Assembly (NCBI RefSeq): GCF_009834535.1
Contig: NC_045697.1
Location: 65,660,001 to 65,724,000, forward strand
Direction: 5' to 3'
Length of the DNA stretch: 64,000 nt
Origin: Camelus ferus
Taxonomy: Eukaryota
The position numbers were made by a program, and so were the translations under genes. Shown one piece after another: positions 26,942 to 39,793 of the stretch. The notes beneath the pieces were generated by a model that was given only the letters and a program-made list of their open reading frames with translations, ran no database searches and was not told the DNA's origin. Each line of letters starts with the position of its first letter. The stretch's first letter is position 1.

Positions 26942-27505
26942 TTTCAGGGAAGAAGAAATTTTCCTCTCTCCTTCTAGGTTATTCTGGCTGGTCTAAAAAT
27001 TAAATTGTCATGAGATGGATTAATGGGAGAAAATCAAACGAAAGTTTAATAACATATATACATGGGAGAGGCTCAGGAAAACGGAGTAACTCACCAAAAT
27101 GGCTAAAACCCTCATCTTAAATACCATCTTCAGCTAAAGACAATAGAGGATCTTGAGGGTAATGGTTTGGGACCACTAAGGGGAGGAAGGCAATTCACAT
27201 GGAGATGGAAAAGCAAACACGTGGTTAACAAACGTTTGCTGGGCCCTGCAGAGACTATGGGACACAGAGAAGAATTTTAACAAACAGACTCTGCGAGGCT
27301 CTGACCTGTCTACACACCTAGTTCATACTGTAGTTATCTGTGCTGATAGCTCCCTTTCTGGAACAAGTCCTTTATCTACATTTTCAGTCAGTTAAAGGGA
27401 AAGTCAAAGTTTCTTCCGGAGTCTTTTGGGTCTTGATTGTTTTTAGCTTAATATAATCCACATGCCAAAGATACATTTTGAGGTGGCAAGTTTTGCTCCC
27501 CTACA
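26942..27505 (-). mobile_element. ERV1 solo LTR (MER34-like)
   Basis: Closely similar to 19527-20114; ends ...ccctaca; near-TSD TTAC/TTAT. Confidence 0.87.
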
Positions 27506-27589
27506 TTATTATGTCACATTTCCTTGATAAACTCATACAGAATGCAAATAAATTATGCAGGTCAATATTTGCTAGCCAGATAGTGATGT

Positions 27590-27840
27590 TAATGACAAAC
27601 ACTCTACCTGCCGCTTCATGGATCACCTGTTATGTGGCAGGCACTGTGCTAGATATTTGTTTTCCTTGTCTTATCTCTATCACAACTCTTCAGGAGGTGT
27701 GTTACGACATTCATTTTACAAATGAGAAAACGTAAGTCTCAGGTAGTTAAATAAACTATTTTCATTCAACAGCTGCATGGCAGAAAGAGGTCTGCCTCTT
27801 TGAAATGAAGTCTATCGCCAAAACCTGTGCCCTTCCCTCT
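27590..27840 (-). mobile_element. MIR SINE
   Basis: tatgtggcaggcactgtgcta...cattttacaaatgagaaaac. Confidence 0.75.
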
Positions 27841-30800
27841 AATTACCTCTTGCCTGGTATTCATTATGTAGTCCAGTATTGAGCCATTCAGAGGTAAATG
27901 GGCCTTAGTAAGTCTTAATAGTTTACAGAAATATTGTAATAGAACGTGTTTAATGTATAATAAATTCTTCTTAGCATACCACTAATAATACTCCTGTTAC
28001 CCCAGTTTGTATCTCCTAAAAAATAAAGGCTACTTAAGAAAGCCCCAGTTCTCCTTTTAAGACCTTTTTCCAGATGCAAGTAAAAATTGCACTGCAATGT
28101 TTCAGTTTGTCTTATAGTATTAAGTGGTACTCAGTGTTTTGTTTAATAAGTATGCAATTTAACGTATCAGTTAGATATTACTGGTGAAAAAGTGATCAGT
28201 CTTATTCTTGGATATTAGTTTTGGATAGATCAGATTTAATATATCACATGGACATTTATGAAGGTGTTCTACATACAATGTAATAGATTATTGATCTGAT
28301 TTTTCGTTTTAAAATGTATCTCAGTATTTAATTTGCTTGGTTTGATATTTGGCATTTTGGTTCAATGTTTAAGTTTAGTATTTGACAAGAAATAAATTGC
28401 TCTTGGGCATGCAGAAAATTGTAAAAGAAAATTATCAGTAAGCAGTGAACAGATGTGTCATTATACAGAAATAATCACATTTTTACAGCAGCAATCTAAA
28501 GTGAAAATGTTTCAAAGAATAGTTTTGTTTAGGTAAACATGGGATTCTCAGCTTCATTTAATTAAACAAACAACAAAGACTAGGCATATAAGGCCTCTCA
28601 AACTCAATGTTTTTTTAAATAAATGGAATAGTAATCTACTTTATTGGACCTTTTCTTATGTCATAGAAACTAATTTATATAATTTGGATCAGCTGTTACT
28701 TAAAGTAAACATAATCCTATTTGTGTTTTATCTGCTTTTTATTTTGAAAATCAACACCTCCAAAACATGATGAATGTTTTCTGATCTTCTTGTTGATAGG
28801 GAAAAAGAATGCAAGAGACTCACTAGCTTCTCCAGGGATGCATTAGGAGTCAGTATATTTTAAGCTTATCTATGAGATCGTTTTTTGCCTTTACTCATCT
28901 GTAGAATGAATTTTAATACTCACTTGCTCACTTGTGGTTTCTCTTCTGTAGAAGGGAACTTCCTGTAATTCCCTCTCAGCCCTCTCCGCTGTTCAGCACC
29001 CTTATCAGAGAAGTCACTCCAGCAAATCTTCCTGTCACACGACCCAGAAATCCCAAGACTCTCTTCACTGCCTGTCCTCTTTTGCCACCTCATTTTTTTT
29101 AGCTTGTAGGTTCAGCTGCTTCTTTCCACTTCTTTTGAATCCAAATATGTGTCTGCCTCAGTGAAAATCCTTGCATAGGTATTTATTTTACAACCAGATT
29201 TTAGTCACCTAGTCTGTGTTTGAACCTAAATTTCCACCTACTGCATTTTAATATTTTTTCACTACTTCCCTTACAATAAGAGGCATCTCTGGATCAATAT
29301 AAACTGCTGCACTGAAAGTTTTCTGTTAGTTAGCCCTGAAGCTTATTCTAATGCCAGTAGGTAAGAATAAAAAACACTGACAATTTACTGTGAAGAGACA
29401 ATGGGTTATTACATGCTCTGCGCATTCTCTAGTATAACTGGCATGACAAGTACCTGAATTAGCGATTATCATCAACTCCGTGGAAACTGAAACGCATCAA
29501 AATTACCATAGTTCAGTGAGAGTGATGTCAGGTTTCACATTTCATACCCAGGCAGCCCGACTCTAGATTCCGTGTTCTTAGATATCAAACAGTATTATCT
29601 GTTTTTATAGTTCTATTCCACATAAATTATTCTGCAGCTTTATGAAACTATTCAGTCCCTACCATCTTGCTTCCCATAACTCTCTCAATTCCTTCTCTCT
29701 CTTTCCCTCGAACACTCTTTCTTTTTCATCCTTCCTCCCTCACTCACTCTTTTTAATGTTTATTTTCCTCTGCTAAGCACAGAGGAATAGATTTCTTAAA
29801 TCAGTTTCTAAGTTTATAATTGGTCTCTTGCTGACAAGACAGTAAATGATAACTTTTCTCTCTCTTTTAAATTGCTGTTTCTTGCTTCATTTCCACCGAA
29901 TTTCTCCTGATTAGTCTTGCTTATTTTCAAAGACCTAACCTAATCCCTTTTGGATATAATTATAATTATTATTTATATTTGCATTTTAATGTGTACTTTA
30001 TACATTTTTGCTGCTTCTACTAAAATGCATTCTCCTTGAAGGCAGGGTAACATTATGGACCCCTAGACACAAACTAAATCTATCTTCTGCCTTTTTTATC
30101 TTGTTTAATATTCTCTGTTGCTATTTTTTTTTTTTGTCTTATTCAGACAAAATAACGCTGATTTGTGTGTGTGTGTTTAGAGAAGAGATGCAGCAAAAAC
30201 TGGATAAAATATAGCTTCGGAGGGAGAATATATTTTATTTGTTTTTAATTATTCCTTCAAGGCATAGAACAAGACTCACTCTAATCTGTCACTAAATAAC
30301 TCCAATCCTTTATGGTAATTTTCATTTCTCAGTGACCACATATACAATCTTGATTATACAAATCATATTCTGGGTTAAACAGGTCTACAAAATCTTATTC
30401 CTAATTCATTTCCAGGGTTTTCACGATGCTGTTTCCCTTCACTTCTGGTCTAATACCCTCTAGAGTGCTGGGACACAGTCCATCCATACTTGACAAATGT
30501 TAATGAATTGAGTTAAATGTGAATCACCCACAGCACTCTGTTTAATGGTTCCACATCTATTCTGCAAGAGAATTCAACAGAAGCAGATCTGGAAAAAGAG
30601 AAAAATTTTAAAGCACTATCATTAGTGGGCACTTGTAAGCATAGGGAGGGTTTAAAGTATTTAGCCTAAAATGTAGAGTTGGACCACTCACTTCAGGTGC
30701 ACTTCAGGTAAATAGATTACAAGTAAATTGTAAGCATTTCTTTAAGTGAAAAAAGCTTTTAGATGATTACATAAATCTCATGAAACTAATTTTATCATCA

Positions 30801-30934
30801 TTGAAACTCCATGTGATTTCCCCCTAAGTAAATTTCACTTTCAAATGCATCACTTAAGTTTGTGGTGAAATAATCCTAAAGGTATGGCTTCCATTTGTTT
30901 CCATCGATCTACTGGAAAACAGTAAAGAAAAAAA

Positions 30935-32730
30935 AATTATGCTCCAATTCCAGTAGTGACTGAGCATCTTGCATCAGACTAATCCTCTCACAAAAGCAGG
31001 CAGAAACTGGAGGGGATATGATCCTTGAAGGAAGGAAACAAGAAGTTCACATTTATATGGCCTTCCCCTGAGCACACTTCCAAGTTCATACACAGCTCAA
31101 GACTGCTAGAACTCAAGAAAGCTGCGGTTTTACTGGTTTGCAGTGTCACAGGATGGAATTCAGGGTCACCAGAACACCTGGAAATTGAGAGAATCTCAGG
31201 AAGAAGAGACTCAGTGAAGAAAGGACCAAAAATTCTGCATCTAAGTTACCCTCAAATTCTTGGCTGACCCTGAACTCTGTATGCACAGGGAAGACCGAAG
31301 AGAAACAGTGGAAAGTAACAGCAAGAAGGGGGAAAGAGCTCAGCACTACTTAAGTGCCGTATACCACAGCGCAGACAAAGCTTGGAGTTTGAGTCCTGCC
31401 AAATTACAAGGGCTAAGTAAACACATCGGGTATTTCATTAAAATTCCAGAAGGACCTTGAAGGTTTAAAACTGTATCTCAGGACAAATGCAACTTCCTTA
31501 AACAAAGAACAAAATTGATATGATGGATTTTTATCAAGTAAGAAGTATTTCTACTTGTCAAGGACACTGTTAAGAAAGTAATAAAGACAAACCATACAAC
31601 AGGACAAAATATTTTCTATACAGACATCTATCTGACCTCATATCTCAGTATATGAAGAACTCTAAAAATCAATAGTAAAAAGACAAATGACACAGTAAAA
31701 ATTAGCAAAAGATTTGAATAGTCACTTCACAAAAGAAGATATGCAAATTTCCAATAAGCACATGAAAATATGCCAGATTAACATCCTTAGTCATCAAGAA
31801 AATGCAAATGAAAAACAATGATTTACATTTCACATCCACTACAATAGCTAAAATTTTAAAAACTAACAATACCAAATATCCCCAAGATTGTAAAGCAACT
31901 AGAACTTGCAGATATTGATGGTGTAAAACATGTAGAAACCACTTTGGAAATCTGTTTGGTAGTTTCTTACTGAACTACACGTATACCTAGCCCATGACCC
32001 AGCAGTTTCAGTCCTAGGTATTTACCTAAGAGAGATGAAACAGTCATCCATAGTAGACATACAGTCCTGTTTACTGCAACCTTATTTGTCGTAGCTCCAA
32101 ACTGAAAGCAACCCAAATGTTCAACAGCAGGGAAATAGAAAAACCAATTATGGGCTATTCAGACCACAATATTACAAGAAATAATAAAGAAAGAGCTACT
32201 GATACACAAACCAATGTGGATGTATATCAAAAGCATTGTACTGGGGGGAGGTTATAGCTCAAGTGGTAGAGTGCATGCACGAGGTCCTAGGTTCAATCCC
32301 TAGTACCTCCTCTAAAAAAATAATAAATAAACATAATTACCTCCTCCCCTCCAATTTTTTTTAAATAGTCCACAATTGAACACAGGTGGATTAATCTTAA
32401 TCCATAACTTACAAAAAAATTAAAAAAGGAGAAGAATCATTGTGCTGCTCAAAAGACGTTAGAAACAGAAGAGTACAAATATTGGATTTCATTTATATGA
32501 TGCTCAAGAGCTGGCACAGCTAGTCTATCATGATGATAGAATTTAGAATGGTGGTGTCCAGCGGGTGAAGTGAGACTGGGAGATGGCAAGAAAAAAATTT
32601 CTAGGGTGATAGAAATGTTCTGTATCTTAACTGGGGTAGTGGATTCACAAGTGTAATTTTTAATCAAAACTCATTAAATTAGACAAAATTCATGCTTTTC
32701 ATGGTATGTAAATTCTATATCAATAAAAAT
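30935..32730 (+). mobile_element. Old L1M remnant (probable 5' region, then ORF2 end and 3' UTR)
   Basis: cacttcacaaaagaagatatgcaaatttccaataagcacatgaaaa...; ends ttctatatcaataaaaatgct. The 5' part assignment is less certain. Confidence 0.75.
32243..32431 (+). mobile_element. tRNA-derived SINE (vic-1-like) with extended 3' segment
   Basis: ggggggaggttatagctcaagtggtagagtgcatgc...ggttcaatccc; degenerate TSD aaaagcattgtact / agaatcattgtgct. Confidence 0.88.
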
Positions 32731-34069
32731 GCTACAAGTGGTTGTACCGTGATATTTGGATTAGATTTGGATTAAATATAGCATGATTATGGTTTGCTTG
32801 GATTAAATGATTGGATAAAGGATTCAAATTAAATATAGCAAAGCCAGGTGACAAGAATTAAAAACAGAGTCTATACCTACTCTAGAAAGTTCCTGACTCA
32901 GCCCTCCAGATACATTATACTCTGGGGTCCCAGAAGTGTGTGGGTATCCTGGAACCATTTTCATGCCTGTTCCTCCTTCCTGTTCCCTGGGCTCATTTCC
33001 TTTTCTTTTTCTTTACTCTTTTCAACTACTGGGAACTGCTTCTATAGTTGAGGACCATTTTACCTAAAGCATCTCTCTAACACAAATCCCAAGTGCTGAG
33101 GTTTTTTTGCCTGCTGATAGTTTCCAAACGTTCGTCTATAAGAAAAAGCAGCAATTGAATCTCTACAAGATTAAACCAACCAAGATATAAGTTTTTTGCT
33201 GTATTTTTTAGCCTTCAGTGAACTTCAGAAGTGTTCCTTGTCAGATGCTTACTGGGAATTGTTCTGTTTCATTTCTGACCAAAATTTGAACTCTTCCTTT
33301 GTTCACCTGTCTGTAAACCTTGATGATGATAGGATTTTTTTATCTAGTCACTTTACAGAATTTGTTTCAAATTGATGCAAAAACTGATTCTCCATCTTCT
33401 TTCAGAAACTTTTATCCTTTTCAGGGTAACTGTCTCATCATGAATAGCTTGTTGTATCACATCTTTATTTTCTTACTATTGGGCCAAGAAGTTGGTGTGA
33501 TAGTGAATTGTGACAACTGATCACCATATAAATTCCTTTTTAATGCTCTTCTGTAATGTGTAATAGACTGTGAACTACCACCATCTTGAAATGTCATCAT
33601 GTTTCTACAACATGACAAAGTAATAATGTGAAAATGCTGAATTTAGTAATTTAAAATCTGCCGTGAGCAGTGAGTGATATCACCAACACCAAGGTCTAAT
33701 CGAAGAGTTAGTTTACTCATTTTCCACTTCACTGTCTAAGAAAAGCTTGCCATTTCCTTTTTTCAGGAAGGATTGAGGCATTACACAGGCACTTCTTTTT
33801 AGTATTAAGCAACAGTCAGATGCTGAATTTTCCCCTCGACTCTTACGTAGTTGTTCCTTTTTAAAGCAATCATTTTAGTTAAGTATTGTATATACAGCGA
33901 GTCTGCCCTCAAAGTGCTTCTGGTACATTTGGGAATCATAATGCATACATACAGAAGAGCTGATTAGAAACTCAAGGGCATCTCTTGTTACAAGCCAAAA
34001 CTGACTGTTCTCTAGTGATTCTAGAAGGGTTAAAAGTCGTACTCTTCCATAGAAGCCAATATCTTCTAA

Positions 34070-34283
34070 TGTGTGATGTCCAGTATTATAGCCTCTATCT
34101 AGCTCCATGTGACTATTTAAATTTAAGTGGATTAAAATTCAGTGAAATTTAAAATTCAGTTCCTCAGTTACATTAGCCATGTTTCAAGTGCTCAGTAGCC
34201 ACATGTGGCTAGTTGCTACCACACTGGCCAGTACAGATACAGAACACTGCCAACATTTCAAAGCATTCTGTTGAATAGTGCTG
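34070..34283. mobile_element. MER3/MER33-like hAT-Charlie element
   Basis: tttcaagtgctcagtagccacatgtggctagttgctacc...ttgaatagtgctg. Confidence 0.82.
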
Positions 34284-34549
34284 TCTGGATCATAACTATG
34301 CTTGGTAAGTCTGGAGCTATGCTGCTTCACAAAAGATGGTTTAACGTAATAGTGCTACCTTATACATCTTCATCCTGACAGAACACTATGAACTGCTTGT
34401 ATATGGCAGAAATTTTGAGCTGTCACAGCTTTCTGTTATTACTTGATCCTTCCTATCAATGTTGGAAAATTAGTGTATACTGATTATTGAGTGAATAGGG
34501 AGTTCAAAGTATGGCGGTCTTAGTGACCAAAAGAAAGGAACTGAAGCTC

Positions 34550-35000
34550 TTCTCAGTGAATGACAAGTATGTATCAGGTGCCTGCTCCGGATAATATTGG
34601 ACCTTGTGCTAGGTAGTGGGCATAGGGGAGGCAAAGATACTAGGATGAAAAGAATGTAGTCCTAGCCTACCACGAGTTTACAGTTACACGGAGTTAAGCA
34701 AAAGGATAAGACGCAAGTATAGACAGCGTGCTAAAGTGCTGTTGTAGGAGTACGTACAAGGCGCAACGTGATCGTATAAGAGACAGTAACCCAAGCCTGG
34801 AGGTCAAGGAGAACTTCCAGGAATAAGTGACATCTAAACTGATCTCAGCTCTGAAAGAATTAATAGACGTTAAAGAGAAGAAGAGGATAGGAAAGAATAA
34901 GAGCAGAGTGGACAAGAAAACATTCCTAGCCAAAAAAAAAAAAAAAGTATCTAAGACCTAAGGACAAAAAAGATTACAAACGATTTAAGAAATTCTAGGT
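34550..35000 (-). mobile_element. LINE-2 fragment
   Basis: ggaggtcaaggagaacttccaggaataagtgacatctaaactga...ctgaaagaattaataga. Confidence 0.7.
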
Positions 35001-35559
35001 ATGAAAAATAGGAACAAATGTTGTTAAAATAAAAAATGCACCCAATTGGAGATAAATCAATTTCTCAAGAAAGTTGAGATGTCTAACTTATTTTAGGATT
35101 TAGTTTATTTTAGAATATAATTTCAAAACTAAACTTTCTACTTAATATTCTGTCAGAATATGTACACACATAGTGGTAGAAAGGGTAATTGGGGAATGGA
35201 AGTGTAGATGGACAGTTGGCAAGACCTAGCAATTGTAGTATAAATTTTATGTATGATGGGTTTAAGTGTATGTTGATGGCTCTCCCGGACTGGATGGAAA
35301 TAAATTGGTTATTAGAGCAAAGCAATTATAAGTATGTAATTATGAATACTGTAGTACTTATAAATTTATAAATCAACATATTACTCAAAAACTATTATTT
35401 TACTATTTATGTTAATGAAGCCATTTAAAAATTTTAAACAAAAAAATTCAGGTGTTTTTTATTTAGTATATTTTACTGTACACCTAAAAATGGTGTATTT
35501 GACGATATGTAAATTATATCTTAATAAATCTGACCTTTTAAAAAATCTTATTTAACTAC

Positions 35560-36930
35560 ATATTTACACATACAATTTTCATAAAAGCATAAACTTAACT
35601 AACCATGCCATTGTTAAAGCATTAGTTTTACTTTTACTTTTCAAGTTGTCTTTCCCCCATTCTTCTCTCCTCTTGGACCTCCTCTCGGGTTTTTCTACCC
35701 TCAAAAGATAACCAGTGGGATACATTGTAGTCTTCTGTATTTTTTTCTAAGTATTTCCAATAATATAATAACATATATATAAGTATCCCCACATATTTGT
35801 ATAATTTTTGGTCATTTTTTAATAGCATCATTTTATCTTTGTTTTTCTTTTATTTAGTTTGTTGTTGGGGGGAGGTGATTAGGGTTTTTTGTTTATTTAT
35901 TTATTTTTAATGGAAATGCTGGGGATTGAACCCATGACCTCGTGCATGCTAGGCATGTACTCTACCACTGAGCTATAGCCTCCCTTCCATTGTTGTTTTT
36001 TAAAATAGAATTACATTAAAAGTAATTTCTGCACCTTGCTTTTTCTTATTCTGCAAATACATCATAAAAATCCCAAAATGACCCTTGTATTGCTCTAATA
36101 GATTCCTTTTAATGTTTCTGTAATGTTTCATGCCAGGAATGCATTATTTTTCTGACTGATGCCAGTTTGCTGCCACAATACACAATGATGCACTGAGTAT
36201 ACTTGTATGTTAACCTGAAAAATTTATTTCTCTTGGATAGATTCTTGGGAATGGAGTTGCTGGGCCAAAAGCCATCTGTATTGTTTGATTTAAATAGATG
36301 TTGCTTTTGAGAAAGGCTATATAACATTTTCCCATTTCCACTAGCAGTGTGTGAGAATATACTTTTCAATGTGTCTCCACTAGCAATATATGTTAAATGT
36401 TGCCAGACCAATTGATATAAAGTACTAGCCTCCAGTTATTTTATTTTGCAGTTACCTACCCACTAATGAGTTTGGGTATTTTTATATGCTTGTTGGACAT
36501 GTGTATTTGTTCCATTTTGAATTGCTGCTTCATATACTTATCTATTTTTCTTTTGCATTCCCTATTCTTCGCTAGAATAAAGGATACTAAGAGAATCACC
36601 TATATATTTGTAAATATTAACTTTGTCCTTTGTATTCCTTTTTTTGGCAAATCTATTGGTCTTCTGTTCAGTTTTTGTATGTATCTTTTGCCATACAAAG
36701 ATGTTTACAAAATGTTTAGTGTAAAAAGTGTTTCTTTTACATGTATCCTTCTGGATTCCACATGTTGGTTGAAAAGTCCTTCCTTAAATATATTATATAT
36801 GCTCCCCTGGTTTTTCTTACAGGGATTATATTATTTTATTTTGGACTATTTTTTCTAATTGGAAATTATTTTTATTTGGAGTTAAAAAAAGATTTGATTT
36901 GATTTTCTCCCAGACAGCCAGCAACATTCA
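35560..36930 (-). mobile_element. Old L1ME-like remnant containing a SINE
   Basis: ggatagattcttgggaatggagttgctgggccaaa...ccactagcagtgtgtgaga. Confidence 0.65.
35831..35988 (-). mobile_element. tRNA-derived SINE (vic-1-like)
   Basis: ggggattgaacccatgacctcgtgcatgctaggcatgtactctaccactgagctata. Confidence 0.9.
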
Positions 36931-36999
36931 TTAAAATGTTGATCAGCTTTTTAGAGAGACAACCCAGAACATAACTACACTATACAAAAAAGCCGTAAT

Positions 37000-39793
37000 A
37001 ATATAATGTGTAATAAATAATTGTATGTATGTTATTACTTTAACATAGAAGTGCGAAAATAGGAATTGATTGATATTGAATATATTGAAATCATAAAAGT
37101 TGTCCTATATTATTTATTCCTTATCACAAAATGCTATTATTTAAACAAAGCAACACTAGGATTAGTTAACTGTCAGAGTAGTAACTGGTAGTAGTACTAA
37201 GTAAACAACTCATATGTGTGATAAAATGTAACAATATTTTAGTAAGGTTTCTTTCTGTCCTCTGATAAAATTAATTTTTAACTCTGTATGGGATAATTAA
37301 ATTTTGTAGACTATATTTAAGACACGTAAATATGAGTTTTTATAAAAGGGGAACAGAAATAGAATAGGACTGATTCAACAGATGTTAATTTTACTTTCTG
37401 TTTCCTTTTCCAATAATTGTTCTCTGAACTGCCTGCAACCTGTAGAACATCCTTCTTGTCTTTTATGTAGTGATAAAACTGAATATAGTTGAACATAAAA
37501 TTCACTGTGACTTGAAACTCTGCTTTTATCAAGCCCGCGTAACACTGATTCTGTTATCATTCCTATGTGGTGATGTCAAGCTAACTATACTCAGGAAAAG
37601 TAAGCATGAAATACCTACTAGGAGTTTACTTACTAGCAACAGCACATATTTCAACGTGTAAAAATTAGTTGCCAGCTCCTCGAAAAGATACCCATACACT
37701 TTGATTCAACAAGCTTGCTTTTAAAGACTTGCTCTCTGTCGATCATAACTCCTGCATCTACAAATTCATCATACAGGCTAAATATGTCCTAAATAGTCCA
37801 CGATTTTTAAACACTTGAAGAACTCTGCATGTCATCATAGGGTAAAGCTCTCTTTCTTAGGACAACGATTTTAAAACATAGAGGAATCTGAACTTGTGAA
37901 ATCAGTGCTGGAGTCTAGAGCAGTTACAGTTCTAGTAAAGAAGTTGAGTAAGTAATGTCTAACTCAGCTGTCCTTTTCTGGTGACTTTTTTGGGGAAGGT
38001 TCTAGAGTAGTCTTATTTCCAAAAGAATAAAATCTGCTTCTTACTATGAGTTTTTGTCCTAATCTATACATAAAATTGAAAAACTCAGGTGCGTTCAATT
38101 CATCCTTTCCTAGGTACCCTATGGTTTCTTCAAAAATCATCAAATCAGTTTGGGAAAATACATATAAAGTTCTGTTTACTGTAATCCTTTTCTCCAGTGT
38201 CATCTTCAGTATATCTCCAAATTAAGGAAAAATATTCTTCTTGTCCCACACTTTGAAAATGTGATTTTTGTGGCAGTCCAACATTTTCATTATTCAATAG
38301 CTGTCTTTAAGGCATATGTCTAAGGAGGCCATCTTCCATTTCTATTAAATAAAAGCTCTCAATGGCTTCTGCACATTTTGAAGAAACAATGACCAAAAAT
38401 TTTCAGTTATGAAAGCTTCAATGTCATAGGTAAGCAAATCGTGCCCATTTTTTTTTAACGGTGTTACAAGGTATATAGAACTTTTCGCAGATAAGATCTT
38501 TTCACTTTCTTTAATAAGAAGTTTACCAGCTGAATGGAATTTGCTAAAATTTACATTTGAGATATATACAGAACTTGCAGGTAGATGATTAAAGTCTTCA
38601 CATTTGGATGAGATATAGTAGACTTTAGTCTCATGCTTTCTGCAGCTTATTAAAACCTTCATAGAAATCAAGATGATTTGACACTACCTTTTAAAAATTA
38701 AAGTACCTAAGAGCTAGAGGGATCTTTTTTTTTTTTTTTTTTTTTTTTTTTGCCATTATGTGACACATAACTTTACGGTAAAAAACATGATCATTCAGGT
38801 AATATCTGAAAGAATCAGCTCTGCTCTGTAGAGAACCAACTTATCTGTTATCAAATTTTCCTCCTTTTGTTTTCCCACAGTACACTTGATTTGAAACCTC
38901 AGAATCAGGAAAAGTAGCTTTCCTGAGTTTCCTCAAGCTCTCAGGGGAACAATACAATAAAGTATGTCCGTTCACGTGATATGCCGAAAGTCATTCGGTG
39001 GCTGCTGTTTTCAACTGAGCATTGGTGTCTTTGGGGAGACACAGAAACTTTTGATTGATTTAGAAGTATTGCCTGTCTCATCCCCAACTTGTGAAATTCA
39101 GTCTCCCTGTTGTGTGCTTTCACATTTCCTTTTCTGCCATACCTCATACCAAATTCTTTTCTGCATATTATGCAGGACGCTGTTTTGGTTATTTACCTCC
39201 CTAATTCAGTTCTTTGTGTCCTTCCCTCTATAATAAGACAACATGGTCTTGTAGACTTCTTTTTCATTGATGCCTACGTCAGGCTAGTATTTTTATTTTT
39301 ATCATTCTGGTTTTCTTCACCTGAACTCTTTTTAAAAAATGATCACAGGATTCACAATGTTAAAAATTAAATTAGCATCATCTTGATAATACCAAGAAGA
39401 ACAGTCAGTCCACGGGTGAAGGACTGTTAACACTCATGATTACAGTGCACTTAAATTGCACACGTAAGTCTCAGCACTCACAGTGATATATAACAACGGA
39501 TGAGTCATTATTATGAGCAGCAAGTCACAGTTGCGAACATCCACAGTCAGGGGAGAAGTAGGGACAGCAACTGCAGAAGGCAGATAATCCCTGTTATATT
39601 CATAGCTACAAAAATAGTAGCTTTCAACTTCCATCTTTTAAACTACTAAGTTGATTTTGTACCTTCTCCTCAACCTCTGGTACCCAATACCAAAAACCTG
39701 GAGTTTTTGTCTCCTAGGATGTCTTCCCTTGATACAACATTTTCATTACCATAACAGAGGCATCTCAGGTGACCTGGGACAGTTGTCACCCTC
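37000..39793 (-). mobile_element. Long hAT DNA transposon (BLACKJACK-like); left boundary approximate
   Basis: 5' terminus GAGGGTGACAACTGTCCCAG (rev-comp of 39774-39793) resembles Blackjack/MER81/MER94 TIRs; encloses a transposase fossil. Confidence 0.8.
37390..39280 (-). pseudogene. Decayed hAT transposase coding region (many frameshifts and stops)
   Basis: Collinear motifs: CIICRKEFGMRYGRKGNVKAH, FPDSEVSNQVYCGKTK, IPLALRY, SNVNFSKFHS, DLLTYDIEAFI, LLRHMP, IKAEFQVTVNF...AGSSENNY. Confidence 0.85.

Noticed and set aside
19527..27505. Full provirus between two similar LTRs
   Set aside because: No gag/pol/env or primer-binding site seen; the interior is old host repeats; outer flanks do not share a TSD.
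37317..39147. Cluster of minus-strand ORFs as a novel gene or domesticated transposase
   Set aside because: They are out-of-frame pieces of one decayed transposase with stops, frameshifts and eroded motifs.
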